Source of the DNA: an uncultured Spirochaetota bacterium | GTDB taxonomy: Bacteria; Spirochaetota; Spirochaetia; SZUA-6; Fen-1364 | DNA: 64,000 bases | Assembly: GCA_963845535.1 (NCBI GenBank) | Contig: CAWJSK010000019.1 | Span: 64,001 to 128,000 of the forward strand | Direction: 5' to 3' | In this document: one piece after another, positions 1 to 11,900 of the stretch | How the letters are laid out: every line of letters begins with the position of its first letter | Position numbering within the stretch: position 1 is the first letter of the stretch | Position numbers and translations under genes: made by a program | Notes under the pieces: model-generated | Told to the model about the DNA's origin: nothing | Databases searched by the model: none | The model's input: the letters and a program-made list of their open reading frames with translations, nothing else

Positions 1-1058
1 CGGAGCTTCTGATCCTGGATGAGCCAACCGCCGTCCTCACTCCGCAGGAAGCGGAGAAGCTCTTCGTGACTCTCCAGGAATTGAAGAACCACGGGAAGAC
101 CGATCATTTTCATCTCTCACAAGCTGAAGGAAGTGAAGCGGATCGCGGACAGGGTCACGGTCATGCGGGACGCGCGCGTCATCAGCACGCGGGAGGCGGC
201 CGGGATATCCGAGCATGACATCGCCTACCTCATGGTGGGCCGGGAGATCAGCTTCGAAAGGATCAATCCGCCGCAGAGCACGGGAAACCCCGCCTTGAGC
301 GTTCGGGACCTGTCCTACACGGACGACGAAGGCGTGCGCGCGCTTTCCAACGTTTCCTTCGACATCCGAGCGGGAGAGATCCTGGGGATCGCCGGCGTTG
401 AGGGAAACGGCCAGACCGAGCTTGTGCGCATTCTCACCGGGCTCCTTTCCGCCACAACGGGCGCCGTCACCATTGGCGGCAAGCCCATTCGCGGGCTTGC
501 TCCGCGGGAAATTCGGGAGCTGGAGGTGGCACACATCCCTGAGGACCGCATGGAAGACGGAGCCGCCGGAGAGGCGACCATCCAGGAAAACGTGATTGTG
601 GACCGCTACTACAAGAACACGTTTTCCCAGGGCCCGCGCCTCCGCTGGCCGTCCATTACCCGCCACACCAACGACCTGATCCAACGCTTCGCCATCCTTG
701 CCAAGTCCGCGCGCACCCGCGTGGGGTCCCTTTCCGGCGGGAACATCCAGAAAGTGGTCGTGGCCCGGGAGCTTTCCAGCAACCCGGAAGTCGATCATTG
801 CGTCCCAGCCCACGCGGGGGATCGACGTGGGCTCCGAGGAGATGGTGCACAACCTCCTCACGGAGGCGCGTGACAAGGGGAAGGCAATCCTTCTGGTATC
901 CGCCGACCTGGATGAAGTGCTGAAGCTTTCAACGAGGATCCTCGTCATCTACAACGGGGGGCTGGTGGCGCATTTTCCGGATGCTTCCCGGGTAAGCGCA
1001 GTCCGACCTTGGGCCGTACATGCTGGGCGTGCAGCGGGAGGACGGCGTGCGTGGATAA
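1..1058 (+). CDS. Nucleoside/sugar (CUT2) ABC transporter ATP-binding protein, 5' partial, with three apparent +1 frameshifts (~101, ~792, ~1003)
   Basis: Stitched frames read [10 protein letters not shown]...IIFISHKL...[14 protein letters not shown]...LSGGNIQK...[10 protein letters not shown]...LLVSADLDE...[11 protein letters not shown] at 1056-1058. Confidence 0.85.
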
Positions 1059-2116
1059 GCTCATCCTGAGATATTTCACCCTGATCCGGACGCTGATTGC
1101 CATCCTGATAGGCGTGGCGCTGGCCGTCGGGCTGATCTTCATCGTCAGCAAGGACCCGGTCTTCTCCCTGAAGTCCTTCCTCCTTGCCCCGTTCCTCTCC
1201 CGCAGCCGGCTATCGAACATCCTGGAAGGCGCTTCCCCCATCATTTTCTGCGGCCTGGCCATAGCCGTTGCGTTCCAGGCAAAACAATTCAACGTCGGCG
1301 CTGAAGGCTCCCTGTATTTGGGCGCGGCGCTCGGCACGGCTTTTGCGGTGTCAACCAGCATGCCGGCGTACCTCCACATCCCGTTGACGCTCCTGGTGGC
1401 GGCCGCTGTAGGGGCAGCGTGGAACCTGCTCCCTGCCATTCTCAAGGCCAAGTGGAAGGCAAGCGAGCTCGTGTCCTCTCTCATGCTGAACTACGTGGGG
1501 TACTACGTCGGCCTGTACCTCATCAATTTCCACTTCCGGGACAAGCAGGCGGGGTTCCTCGTCTCCTACCATCTTCCCCAGACCGCGTGGCTCCAGCAGT
1601 TCCTGCCAGGGACGCGTTTGCACGCGGGCACCTTCCTGGCAATCCTGTGCGCCGTGCTGGTCTACTGGTACCTCTACCATTCCACCAGCGGCTACGAGAT
1701 CCGCATGACGGGGTTCAATGAGAAGTTCGCCCGGTTCGGCGGAATCAACGTCGTGAAGGTCATTGTCCTCTGCCAGCTCATCCTGGGCCTGCTTGCCGGG
1801 AATGGGGGGCATGACCGAGATCATGGGGATCCACAGGCGTTTCGACTGGCAGACGTCCCCCGGGTACGGATGGGATGGCGTGATCGTGGCCATCATCGGA
1901 AGAAACCACCCTCTGCTCATCATCGCCGCGTCCCTTTTCCTGTCCTATCTCCGCGTGGGCGGCCAGCAGCTCAACCTCATGAGCGACGTCCCCTATGAAA
2001 TGGTCATCGTGATCCAATCCATCATCATCCTGCTCATTACGGCGGAAGCGTTCCTCAGCCAGTGGAGATACCACGTCACCGTCCGACAGGCAGGCCGCCG
2101 GGGAACGCTCTCGTGA
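1051..2116 (+). CDS. Nucleoside ABC transporter permease (frameshift ~1800)
   Basis: Hydrophobic; FNVGAEG, SELVSSLMLNY, GYEIRMTGFN and GYGWDGVIVA motifs split across ORFs 1009..1998 and 1763..2116. Confidence 0.85.
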
Positions 2117-3147
2117 ATCCGCTCCTGAAGTCCATCATATCGACGGATTTCGGCTTCGCAACCCTCCGTGTGATGACGCCCCTTCTCCTGCCGGCTCTCG
2201 GGGTGGCAGTGTCAGGGCTTGCGGGCGCCTCCAACATCGCCCTGGAAGGAATTATGCTGGTTGCCGCGTGCGTCGGCGTGCTGGTCAGCGCATTCTCGCA
2301 CAGCCTGTGGCTGGCGCTGGTCATGGGGATTGCGGCGGGTGTCTCGATTGCCGCGCTGCTGGGCTATTTCCACCTGCGCCTGAAAGCGGACATCGTGCTT
2401 GCCGCCATCGCCTTGAACCTCTTTGCGTCAGGGATCACTATTTTCCTCCTTTTTATCACGACAGGCGATAAAGGCAGCTCCAGCTCCATTACGAGCCTCG
2501 TGTTTCCAAACGTGCAGATTCCTTTGCTAAGGTCCGTCCCCATCCTGGGACCCATCTTCAGCGGCCACAACGTGATGACCTATGTCTCATGGCTCTCCGT
2601 CGTCCTCTACTGGCTCATCACGTTCAAGACGCCGCTGGGCTTGCGGATCCGGGCCGTTGGCCAGAACCCTGACGCCGCCCAATCCGTGGGGATCAACGTG
2701 AACCGAATCCGCATGTACTCGCTCCTGCTTTCGGGGTTCTTCGGCGCCCTGGGCGGGCTCTACCTCTGCATGGGGTACCTGTCCTGGTTCTCCAGCGGCG
2801 TCACGGCGGGCAGGGGGTGGATTGCCGTTGCGGCCGCGAGCCTTGGCAATAACATGCCGCTGGGCACGTTCCTGTCATCCCTTCTGTTCGGCGTGGTGAA
2901 CGCCCTGGCAAACTATCTTGCCGTGCTGAAAGTCCCCTCCGAGTTCATCCAGATGATCCCGTACCTGGCCACGGTGATTGCGCTGGCCATCTACGCTGGG
3001 CAGGCAGCGCGCAAGCGGCAGGGCAGGACGGGGCTACCGGGAGCGCAGAGGGCGCGCGGCGGCCTCGTTCCGCCGGGACCACTGGCGGCGCACGGCAGCG
3101 ATGTTGCCTCTGAGGCAAACCCTGCGCGCGGCGGCCCGGCAAAGTGA
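2113..3147 (+). CDS. Nucleoside ABC transporter permease (second subunit)
   Basis: GTGA overlap with the previous stop; NIALEGIML, TPLGLRIRAVGQNP, AGRGWIAVAA, MIPYLAT motifs; C-terminal tail uncertain. Confidence 0.85.
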   Translation: MNPLLKSIISTDFGFATLRVMTPLLLPALGVAVSGLAGASNIALEGIMLVAACVGVLVSAFSHSLWLALVMGIAAGVSIAALLGYFHLRLKADIVLAAIALNLFASGITIFLLFITTGDKGSSSSITSLVFPNVQIPLLRSVPILGPIFSGHNVMTYVSWLSVVLYWLITFKTPLGLRIRAVGQNPDAAQSVGINVNRIRMYSLLLSGFFGALGGLYLCMGYLSWFSSGVTAGRGWIAVAAASLGNNMPLGTFLSSLLFGVVNALANYLAVLKVPSEFIQMIPYLATVIALAIYAGQAARKRQGRTGLPGAQRARGGLVPPGPLAAHGSDVASEANPARGGPAK

Positions 3148-3164
3148 GGTCTTCATGACGTGCG

Positions 3165-3638
3165 CTGCTGCGGGAGCTGACAATCGCCCCTATGATCCAC
3201 GGCGTTTCGGGGCTGGACGGCGCGGACCTACCGGACCCGGGCTTCGAAGGCGACGCCCGTCATTCCGTTGACTTCATCGCCCAGACCACCATGGGCTCCC
3301 GGGAGCCCATCACCCTTGTGCCCACGGGGCCGCCTACGAACGTGGCGCTCGCCTTGCCCAAGGAGCCCGGGCTGGCCCGGGCGGTTTCACGGATTGTCCT
3401 GATGGGCGGGGCTGTCCATGACGCCGTTGCACACCTGGTTCGGCCAGAAGTCATAAAGACCAGGCGCATGAACGTGGAGATCGAGACGGCGGGTGAGTTG
3501 ACGCGCGGCCGCACGGTGGCGGACGTGTACGGGATCTCCGGCAGGAAGCCGAATGTGGACGTTGCCCTCGAGGTGAATCAGCCCCTGTTCAAAGAGATGA
3601 TATTCAATGCGATAAAGAAGCTGGACGCGGCTCGGTAG
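3165..3638 (+). pseudogene. Inosine-uridine nucleoside hydrolase (Rih-like) remnant
   Basis: LLRELTIAPMIHGVSGLDG...TGPPTNVA...IVLMGGAV joined directly to HDAVA...TRGRTVAD; N-terminal DxDxGxDD motif and central AEFNI segment missing. Confidence 0.8.
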
Positions 3639-3685
3639 GGTTGGCCCCTCAGTCGAGAGCCTGAGTTAGACGCCTGATGGCGCCC

Positions 3686-5092
3686 TCACGGCAACGTTAT
3701 TTGCACCCACTCCACTGCTCCTGCGAGCACGTACCTGTTCAAGACCCCGCCTAACGTGATCACCGCAGGGTTGCTTGGGGCACCTCCTGAGTTCGGAAGG
3801 TTATTCCCAGCGTTGTACGGCGTGTCCGTGCTGTTGATGACGCCTGGGAACGTGTAGGTGGTGGTAGGCGAGGTCAATACAGTTACAGCATATGCGCCTG
3901 TGGCTGAGGTTGTGCTCCCGCTGATTCGAATGTAAAGGACGGTGCCGGAAGGCAGGGGCTGAGCGGGCTTGTAGTCGATATAGGCAAAGTTCGCTTGATT
4001 GCCGTCCGGATTGCTGCCCGAGATATCCGAGGCGAGCGCGCCCGTGGTCGGGCTTGACCAGGGGTCCGCTGAGCTGACGACTCCAGACTGGCTGAAGAGC
4101 TCCATGTATTGGAACTGGCTGGTAAACGTCCCTGCGCTGAGCGGGTAGTAGGTGTCAATGACGATCTCAGAATACGTCGTGGTCGTCGATTGAACCGGCG
4201 TTATAACTATCCCTCCATTTTGGGAGATTGTCGCGTTTGCGGCTTCCCCGTCCTGGTCGGTCCCCGTGACGACGTAGTCATTGTTCGCTTTATCGAAATG
4301 AACGGCTGTTGCCATGATCAAATAGGACTGCAGCCTGTCAAGGAAGAATATCTTCAGTTGCGTCAGGAAGCTGGGAAACGGCATGGCCCAGTGGGGATGG
4401 AAGCTCCGTGGCTTGCTCGAGGTCTGCAATGTGCCAATGATGAACGGAGAAGAAACACGGACATGCTTTCCGTGAGAAGCATTCTGGACTTTCCAATATA
4501 CCCCAACAGTCGTTCCTGCAGGGATCGAAAAGCGTCCCCAGGTGAACCCTTTGGCGTTTTCTGCATACCCGACGATTATCCGGCCGTCTTCGCTGACGGC
4601 TGTTGTGTGGTACACCCATCCGAAATGGGTATGCATGCCGTCAGGAAACTGGCCCTGTTCGGGGGCAAGGAGGCCCTTTGTGCCGGTTTCTTCATTCTGA
4701 ACGAGATGGATGCTGTCATCCGAATCGATCTCCCACACTCCGGCATTGCCGTCATCCCTCTGGCCGACAACGACCATCTTGACCGGCAGTGCATCAGGGT
4801 CTCCCGTTTGCTGGACTGAAGCGTAGCCGGATGAATAGACGCAACGGACCGCAGGGCCATCCGTGCCTGCCGTTGTCTGGACGACTACCTTTACACCAGA
4901 TCCATTAACGTACATTGCCTGATTGCTCGAGGGATCATTCACAACTGTAAGGGGGGTGGTGGTTTCGGTGCCACCGGTCGGTGTTGCGGGAGTTGAGGGC
5001 TTCTGCGACCCCACCCCGACCTGGGTCGGGGAACATGACGCAAAGAGGAGACTGACAGCGACGGTACAAATCAGCGCAAATGTGGTTTTCAT
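3686..5092 (-). CDS. Putative surface lipoprotein: N-terminal beta-rich region plus C-terminal PPC-like domain
   Basis: MKTTFALICTVAVSLLFASC lipobox, Thr/Pro tether, TAVSEDGRIIVGY motif; C-terminal ~165 aa nearly identical to 5169..5750. Confidence 0.75.
   Translation of the reverse strand: MKTTFALICTVAVSLLFASCSPTQVGVGSQKPSTPATPTGGTETTTPLTVVNDPSSNQAMYVNGSGVKVVVQTTAGTDGPAVRCVYSSGYASVQQTGDPDALPVKMVVVGQRDDGNAGVWEIDSDDSIHLVQNEETGTKGLLAPEQGQFPDGMHTHFGWVYHTTAVSEDGRIIVGYAENAKGFTWGRFSIPAGTTVGVYWKVQNASHGKHVRVSSPFIIGTLQTSSKPRSFHPHWAMPFPSFLTQLKIFFLDRLQSYLIMATAVHFDKANNDYVVTGTDQDGEAANATISQNGGIVITPVQSTTTTYSEIVIDTYYPLSAGTFTSQFQYMELFSQSGVVSSADPWSSPTTGALASDISGSNPDGNQANFAYIDYKPAQPLPSGTVLYIRISGSTTSATGAYAVTVLTSPTTTYTFPGVINSTDTPYNAGNNLPNSGGAPSNPAVITLGGVLNRYVLAGAVEWVQITLP
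3795..4162. repeat. 368-bp direct repeat, copy 1 (copy 2 at 5278..5645)
   Basis: No mismatch found by eye at offset 1483; flanks diverge. Confidence 0.9.
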
Positions 5093-5168
5093 GCCTGGCA
5101 CCTCAACTCTGACTCTGAACTTGGAGGAATCGACTAGATTATACCCCACGAAGAGAAATACGACAATC

Positions 5169-5750
5169 TTACGGAAGCGTTATTTTTACCCACTCGACAT
5201 CGCCCGCAATCAAATACCTGTTCAAGGCGCCGCCCAACGTGATAACCGCAGGGTTGCTCGGGACCCCTCCTGAGGTTGGAAGGTTATTCCCAGCGTTGTA
5301 CGGCGTGTCCGTGCTGTTGATGACGCCTGGGAACGTGTAGGTGGTGGTAGGCGAGGTCAATACAGTTACAGCATATGCGCCTGTGGCTGAGGTTGTGCTC
5401 CCGCTGATTCGAATGTAAAGGACGGTGCCGGAAGGCAGGGGCTGAGCGGGCTTGTAGTCGATATAGGCAAAGTTCGCTTGATTGCCGTCCGGATTGCTGC
5501 CCGAGATATCCGAGGCGAGCGCGCCCGTGGTCGGGCTTGACCAGGGGTCCGCTGAGCTGACGACTCCAGACTGGCTGAAGAGCTCCATGTATTGGAACTG
5601 GCTGGTAAACGTCCCTGCGCTGAGCGGGTAGTAGGTGTCAATGACAATCTCGGAGTAGGATGTTGCAGAAGGTGGATTAGTGCAAAACACAAGCGCCAGA
5701 GGAAGGAGAGCAATGAAAAAAGTCCGCAAAAATCTCATGTAGTTTGCCAA
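5169..5750 (-). CDS. Putative small lipoprotein consisting only of the PPC-like domain (start may be 5738)
   Basis: MRFLRTFFIALLPLALVFC signal/lipobox followed by the shared domain. Confidence 0.75.
   Translation of the reverse strand: MANYMRFLRTFFIALLPLALVFCTNPPSATSYSEIVIDTYYPLSAGTFTSQFQYMELFSQSGVVSSADPWSSPTTGALASDISGSNPDGNQANFAYIDYKPAQPLPSGTVLYIRISGSTTSATGAYAVTVLTSPTTTYTFPGVINSTDTPYNAGNNLPTSGGVPSNPAVITLGGALNRYLIAGDVEWVKITLP
5278..5645. repeat. 368-bp direct repeat, copy 2
   Basis: Matches 3795..4162. Confidence 0.9.
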
Positions 5751-5917
5751 TTTTCCCTCTTTATGTATTATGACAATGATAGCATAGTCAGAATGTCAGC
5801 ATTTTTCAAATGTTATGGAGATCGACGGATGATCAAACAGGGCAATGATGGAGCCAGCATCTGCCAGTTGGGCACTGAGCGCTATCGTGCTATATTCCTG
5901 TCGGAGAGGGAAATAAG

Positions 5918-8900
5918 TTGGCCAGGGTGCTAAGAACGCCAGTTCTCATTACGCTCTTTGTCTGTTCCTCCCTTCCCATTTTCGCAATTGCCTACAACTG
6001 GACCAACAACGCCGGACTGGGCGATTTTCTCTGGACAACCACTACCAACTGGGCTCCCAACGGCACTCCGGGCAACGGTGACAGCGTAACGATCTCAAAC
6101 GGGGATACCGTAAAGCTCAATACCCTCAGTGGAAGCACGGGAAACCTTGTTCAGCTTGTGGTGTCAGGCGGCAGCGGGATTAATGGCACCAACAATGCTG
6201 GAACCGCGGCAGCAGCGCAGCTCCTTGGCGTACGCACCACGGTAACCCTCTCGGGGACCGGCACCATTGGCGCCACAATCACCATGCAAGCCACTGCCGC
6301 CACGACATTTACCTGCTCAATTTCGAATTTTAACGCTCTTTTCAAGGTGTCAAACGCCATCACGGTGACCCTGGGAGGCCCCGCAACCCTGGCTGGCGGC
6401 AGCATTCAGTTCTCCCTCGGAACGCTCACCACTAACAATTTCGACATATCGTTGGGCGGAAACTGGAGCTTTGCCGGTGCCACGGCGTTCAACGTCGGAA
6501 CGAGCACAGTGACCTTTAGCGGGCCCGGCGCCCAGACAGTCGACACCGGCGGCTTTCCGTTCGCCAGCCTGACCAAAAGCGGCAGCAGCACCTTGTCGGT
6601 GTTGAACAATCAGCTGACGGTGACCGGAACTCTCACGACGAGCACAGCGACAGACGTCGTGGATATGGGTACGCAGAACTTCAACCTAGGAGCCCTGTCA
6701 AATACGGGAACGATTGCCCTGGATGGAATCCAGCCAACGCAGACCATTACGGCCATGGACACTGCGAAAGGCACCGTGAACTACTATGGCACTTTAGCAG
6801 GCACAATACCGCTTCTCCTCCATACCTTCTACAACCTGACCATCAGCGGCGGCGGTCCTCGAGTTTTTTCTCTGAATTACCTTGCGACTTTTGTGAACAA
6901 CCTTCTTACGATCACCTCCGGCAGTACGTTGACAATGGGAACCTTTGCGGGCGCCGGACCCAATACCGTAATTTTGACCGTGGGAACTGCGCCCACCAGT
7001 GGGAGCCTGGCTGTCACGGGGACCCTGGATTGTACTGGTGTTGCCCCCACGTCGACGACCGGGGGCGCCTACTTGATCCTGGTCAACGGAACCACGACGA
7101 TAAACACGGGTGGAGACATAAAGACGGGCAACAATACGCTCTACCTCAGTGACGCGAACGGCCTCGGTGGAAGTCTCGTCATGGCGGGAGGCACACTGGA
7201 TTTTCACTTGGCAACCAACACCGCAAATACGACGATCGGAACAGGGGCAATCAGCGGAACCGGGATCATCAACGCTAGTGGCCAGGGCACTATCCGGCCC
7301 CAGGGCAACGTCACGTTGACAGGCCTCACCTACACGCCAGGACAAACGCGTCTTACGTTTGCCGGGGGGACCTCCGGCTCTCCTCTTGTATTCACCCCGG
7401 GTACAGCGTCGGTTGATAGCATCCGGATCGGAAGCGGGACGCTCGCTGTGGGCTCGGTTGTAAAAGTTTCGGGCGCTACCCTCAACCTGACGGGAAATGT
7501 GTCCTCCAATGGCGCCATCTCCTGCGGCTCGAATGCAGGGGGTGTCACTTCGAGCCTGGACGTGACGGGCGTAACAGTGACCGTTGGTGCCGCCCAGGCT
7601 GGCGGAGGGGACGTTGATTTTACTGTGGCTCCGGGAGCCGCGTTGAGTACGTTCATCTCAACCGGCTCCACATTTATTTTCTCCGGGACTAACGCGCAAG
7701 CCCTGAACTCCAATTCACTGTCGTTCAACAACCTCCAGGTTGGCGCGACGGGAGCTCTTACGCTGAGCGCCAGTATCACCTTGACCGGCGACCTCTCCAA
7801 CAATCTCGGCGGGTCATTGAACACCACAGCGAACTCAACTACCGTCACTTTCGCTCCGACAGGCCTCTCCACCGCCTACAATGTCCTTCACCCGGGCCTC
7901 TCTGCGTCTCCTGCGGCGATGATTTCGGGAACCAACACATTCTTCAATTTCACCTGCAACACGGTCCCGGGGGCAACGCTCTATTTCACCTCAGGCAACA
8001 CAACAACCGTGAACAACGCCTGGACGATTGCGGGGACCAGCGGGAACCTGGTCTCCCTGCTCAGCTCGAACTTCGGCAGCCAGTGGACAATCAGCATTGC
8101 CGGTACATCGAGTGTCTCGTATGCATACGTTCAAGACAGCAGCGTGAGCGGGGCGAACAACATAAGCCCCACGACGAGTACAAATGCCGGCAACAACAAG
8201 ACAGCGGTAGCTCCCCGATGGATTTTCTCCGCGGGTTCGCTTACGTGGGTTGGTGCGACAAGTAACAATTGGAATGTCGCCAGCAACTGGGACCTGGGCT
8301 ATATTCCCGGCCCTCAGGACAATGTCACTATCAGCGGAAGCAATCCTGCCAAGCTGTTCTCAGCGGTTTCCGTTAGTTCGATCCTGATAACGACCGGGAC
8401 CCTCGACCTTTCGAATTTCAATTTGCCCCTCCTCACTTCTTCCGGAGCTGCCGGCAGCTTCACCCTGCAGGCAGGAGGCACGTTGCTGCTGGATGGCGGT
8501 CAGGCCACGCTCACGTTCGGTTCCGCGCCAGTGCTTTCGGGTACTGTCGAGTACTATGGAACTGGCACCACGGGGCTGATCCTAGGAAACACCTACGTAA
8601 ATCTGGAGTTCGCCAATGCCGGAACGTGGACACTGAACGCGCCACTCAGCGTAACCGGGACCTTTTCGTATCCCAGCGGAAGTCCCAAGGTCAAATTAAG
8701 TGGCAATAACATGACGGTTGGTGGGAGCCTGACCGCGCCGGGAACCCTTGACGCTTCTGGTGGCGGCAACGTCACCGCGGCCGGAAATGTCGATTTTACC
8801 GGGGGCACTTTCACAAGCGGCGCCGGGGCTTTCATCTTCGACGGGACCAGCACCCTCACAACAGCTGGGAACCCTTTCAGCAACGTACAGATCGGGACAG

Positions 8901-11900
8901 CGACCGTTGGCGGGTCACTGGCGCTGGCGGACAATCTGACGTTGACGGGGACGCTGACGTTCCAGACCGGCGGTGCCACGACGTTGAATGTGGGCAATGT
9001 GACGGTGACGCTGGGCCCTGCGGCGCTGAACATGACGAATCTGACGACCTTCACCACGGGCGGCAGCTCGACGTTTGTGTTCGACGGGACGACAAGTCTG
9101 ACGAGCGCTACCAAGGTATTCAACAACATCGAGATTGGCAACACAACCACGGCAGGGTCGCTGACGCTGGCAGGGAATCTGACGCTGACAGGCGCGATCA
9201 CGGTAGGGACGTTTGCGGGGTCAGTGTTCAACGTGGGCGGGTTCACGGTGACGGTGGGTGGCAACGTGACGCTGACCAACCTGGTGCCGGCGAACTTCAC
9301 GAGTGCTGGCTCGACGTTCATCTTCGACGGGACCTCCACGCTGACGACGGCAGGAGGCACATTCAGCAACGTACAGATCGGGACAGCGACCGTTGGCGGG
9401 TCACTGGCGCTGGCGGACAATTTAACGTTGACGGGGACGCTGACGTTCCAGACCGGCGGTGCCACGACGTTGAATGTGGGCAATGTGACGGTGACGCTGG
9501 GCCCTGCGGCGCTGAACATGACGAATCTGACGACCTTCACCACGGGCGGCAGCTCGACGTTTGTGTTTGACGGGACGACAAGTCTGACGAGCGCTACCAA
9601 GGTATTCAACAATATCGAGATTGGCAACACAACCACGGCAGGGTCGCTGACACTCGTTGATAACCTGACTCTGACGGGTGCCATCAGCATCGGAACTACT
9701 GCGGGGTCGACATTTGTTGTGACCAACCGCACAGTGACGGTGGGTGGCAACGTGACGCTGACCAACCTGGTGCCGGCGAACTTCACGAGTGCTGGCTCGA
9801 CATTCATCTTCGACGGGACCTCCACGCTGACGACGGCAGGAGGCACATTCAACAACGTACAGATCGGGACAGCGACCGTTGGCGGGTCACTGGCGCTGGC
9901 GGACAATCTGACGTTGACGGGGACGCTGACGTTCCAGACCGGCGGTGCTACGACGTTGAATGTGGGCAATGTGACGGTGACGCTGGGCCCTGCGGCGCTG
10001 AACATGACGAATCTGACGACCTTCACCACGGGCGGCAGCTCGACGTTTGTGTTCGACGGGACGACAAGTCTGACGAGCGCTACCAAGGTATTCAACAACA
10101 TCGAGATTGGCAACACAACCACGGCAGGGTCGCTGACGCTCGTTGATAACCTGACTCTGACGGGTGCCATCAGCATCGGAACTACTGCGGGGTCGACATT
10201 TGTTGTGACCAACCGCACAGTGACGGTGGGCGGCAACGTCACGTTCACCGCGAGCTTGACCGCCTTCACCAGTGGCGGCTCGACATTCATCTTCGATGGG
10301 AGCTCCACGCTGACGACGGCAGGAGGCACATTCAGCAACGTACAGATCGGGACAGCGACCGTTGGCGGGTCACTGGCGCTGGCGGACAATCTGACGTTGA
10401 CGGGGACGCTGACGTTCCAGACCGGCGGTGCCACGACGTTGAATGTGGGCAATGTGACGGTGACGCTGGGCCCTGCGGCGCTGAACATGACGAATCTGAC
10501 GACCTTCACCACGGGCGGCAGCTCGACGTTTGTGTTCGACGGGACGACAAGTCTGACGAGCGCTACCAAGGTATTCAACAACATCGAGATTGGCAACACA
10601 ACCACGGCAGGGTCGCTGACGCTGGCAGGGAATCTGACGCTGACAGGCGCGATCACGGTAGGGACGTTTGCGGGGTCAGTGTTCAACGTGGGCGGGTTCA
10701 CGGTGACGGTGGGTGGCAACGTGATGCTGACCAACCTGGTGCCGGCGAACTTCACGAGTGCTGGCTCGACGTTCATCTTCGACGGGACCTCCACGCTGAC
10801 GACGGCAGGAGGCACATTCAACAACATCGAGATTGGCAACACAACCACGGCAGGGTCGCTGACACTCGTTGATAACCTGACTCTGACGGGTGCCATCAGC
10901 ATCGGAACTACTGCGGGGTCGACATTTGTTGTGACCAACCGCACAGTGACGGTGGGTGGCAACGTGACGCTGACCAACCTGGTGCCGGCGAACTTCACGA
11001 GTGCTGGCTCGACGTTCATCTTCGACGGGACCTCCACGCTGACGACGGCAGGAGGCACATTCAACAACGTACAGATCGGGACAGCGACCGTTGGCGGGTC
11101 ACTGGCGCTGGCGGACAATCTGACGTTGACGGGGACGCTGACGTTCCAGACCGGCGGTGCTACGACGTTGAATGTGGGCAATGTGACGGTGACGCTGGGC
11201 CCTGCGGCGCTGAACATGACGAATCTGACGACCTTCACCACGGGCGGCAGCTCGACGTTTGTGTTTGACGGGACGACAAGTCTGACGAGCGCTACCAAGG
11301 TATTCAACAATATCGAGATTGGCAACACAACCACGGCAGGGTCGCTGACACTCGTTGATAACCTGACTCTGACGGGTGCCATCAGCATCGGAACTACTGC
11401 GGGGTCGACATTTGTTGTGACCAACCGCACAGTGACGGTGGGCGGCAACGTCACGTTCACCGCGAGCTTGACCGCCTTCACCAGTGGCGGCTCGACATTC
11501 ATATTCGACGGGACCACCACCCTTGCGAGCACTGGGAAGACCTTCAACAACATCCAGGTCGGAACCGCAACGCTGGCAGCTGCCGTCACCCTTGGAGACA
11601 ACGCCGCTCTTGCGAACGCTAGCGGCGTGCTCTCGATGACGCAAGGGGCTTTGGACCTGAACGGTCATACCCTTGTCTTGGGAACGGCGCTGAACATGAA
11701 CTCAGCCACGGTTGCCCAGATCACTGTTGGCACGGGGACTCTTGACGGCACGACCAATGGGAGAGCCATCACGATCAGCAGCGCACAGGCTACAATCACA
11801 CAGACTGCCGGCACTTTGAAGGCGCCTTCCCTGACGGTGAGCAACGGCACGTACACGCAAACGGGAGCTTTGGCAGGGACGGTGACACTTGGAACGGGAG

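Noticed and set aside
3686..5645. Possible diversity-generating retroelement TR/VR pair
   Set aside because: Differences are mostly synonymous and not adenine-specific, both copies are coding, and no reverse transcriptase is in the window
8831..11560. Possible CRISPR array
   Set aside because: Units are ~243-bp in-frame coding repeats with no unique spacers, and no cas genes are present
8593..11601. 1002-aa minus-strand ORF
   Set aside because: Antisense shadow of the Thr/Gly repeat array; it mirrors the sense codons and has no independent features
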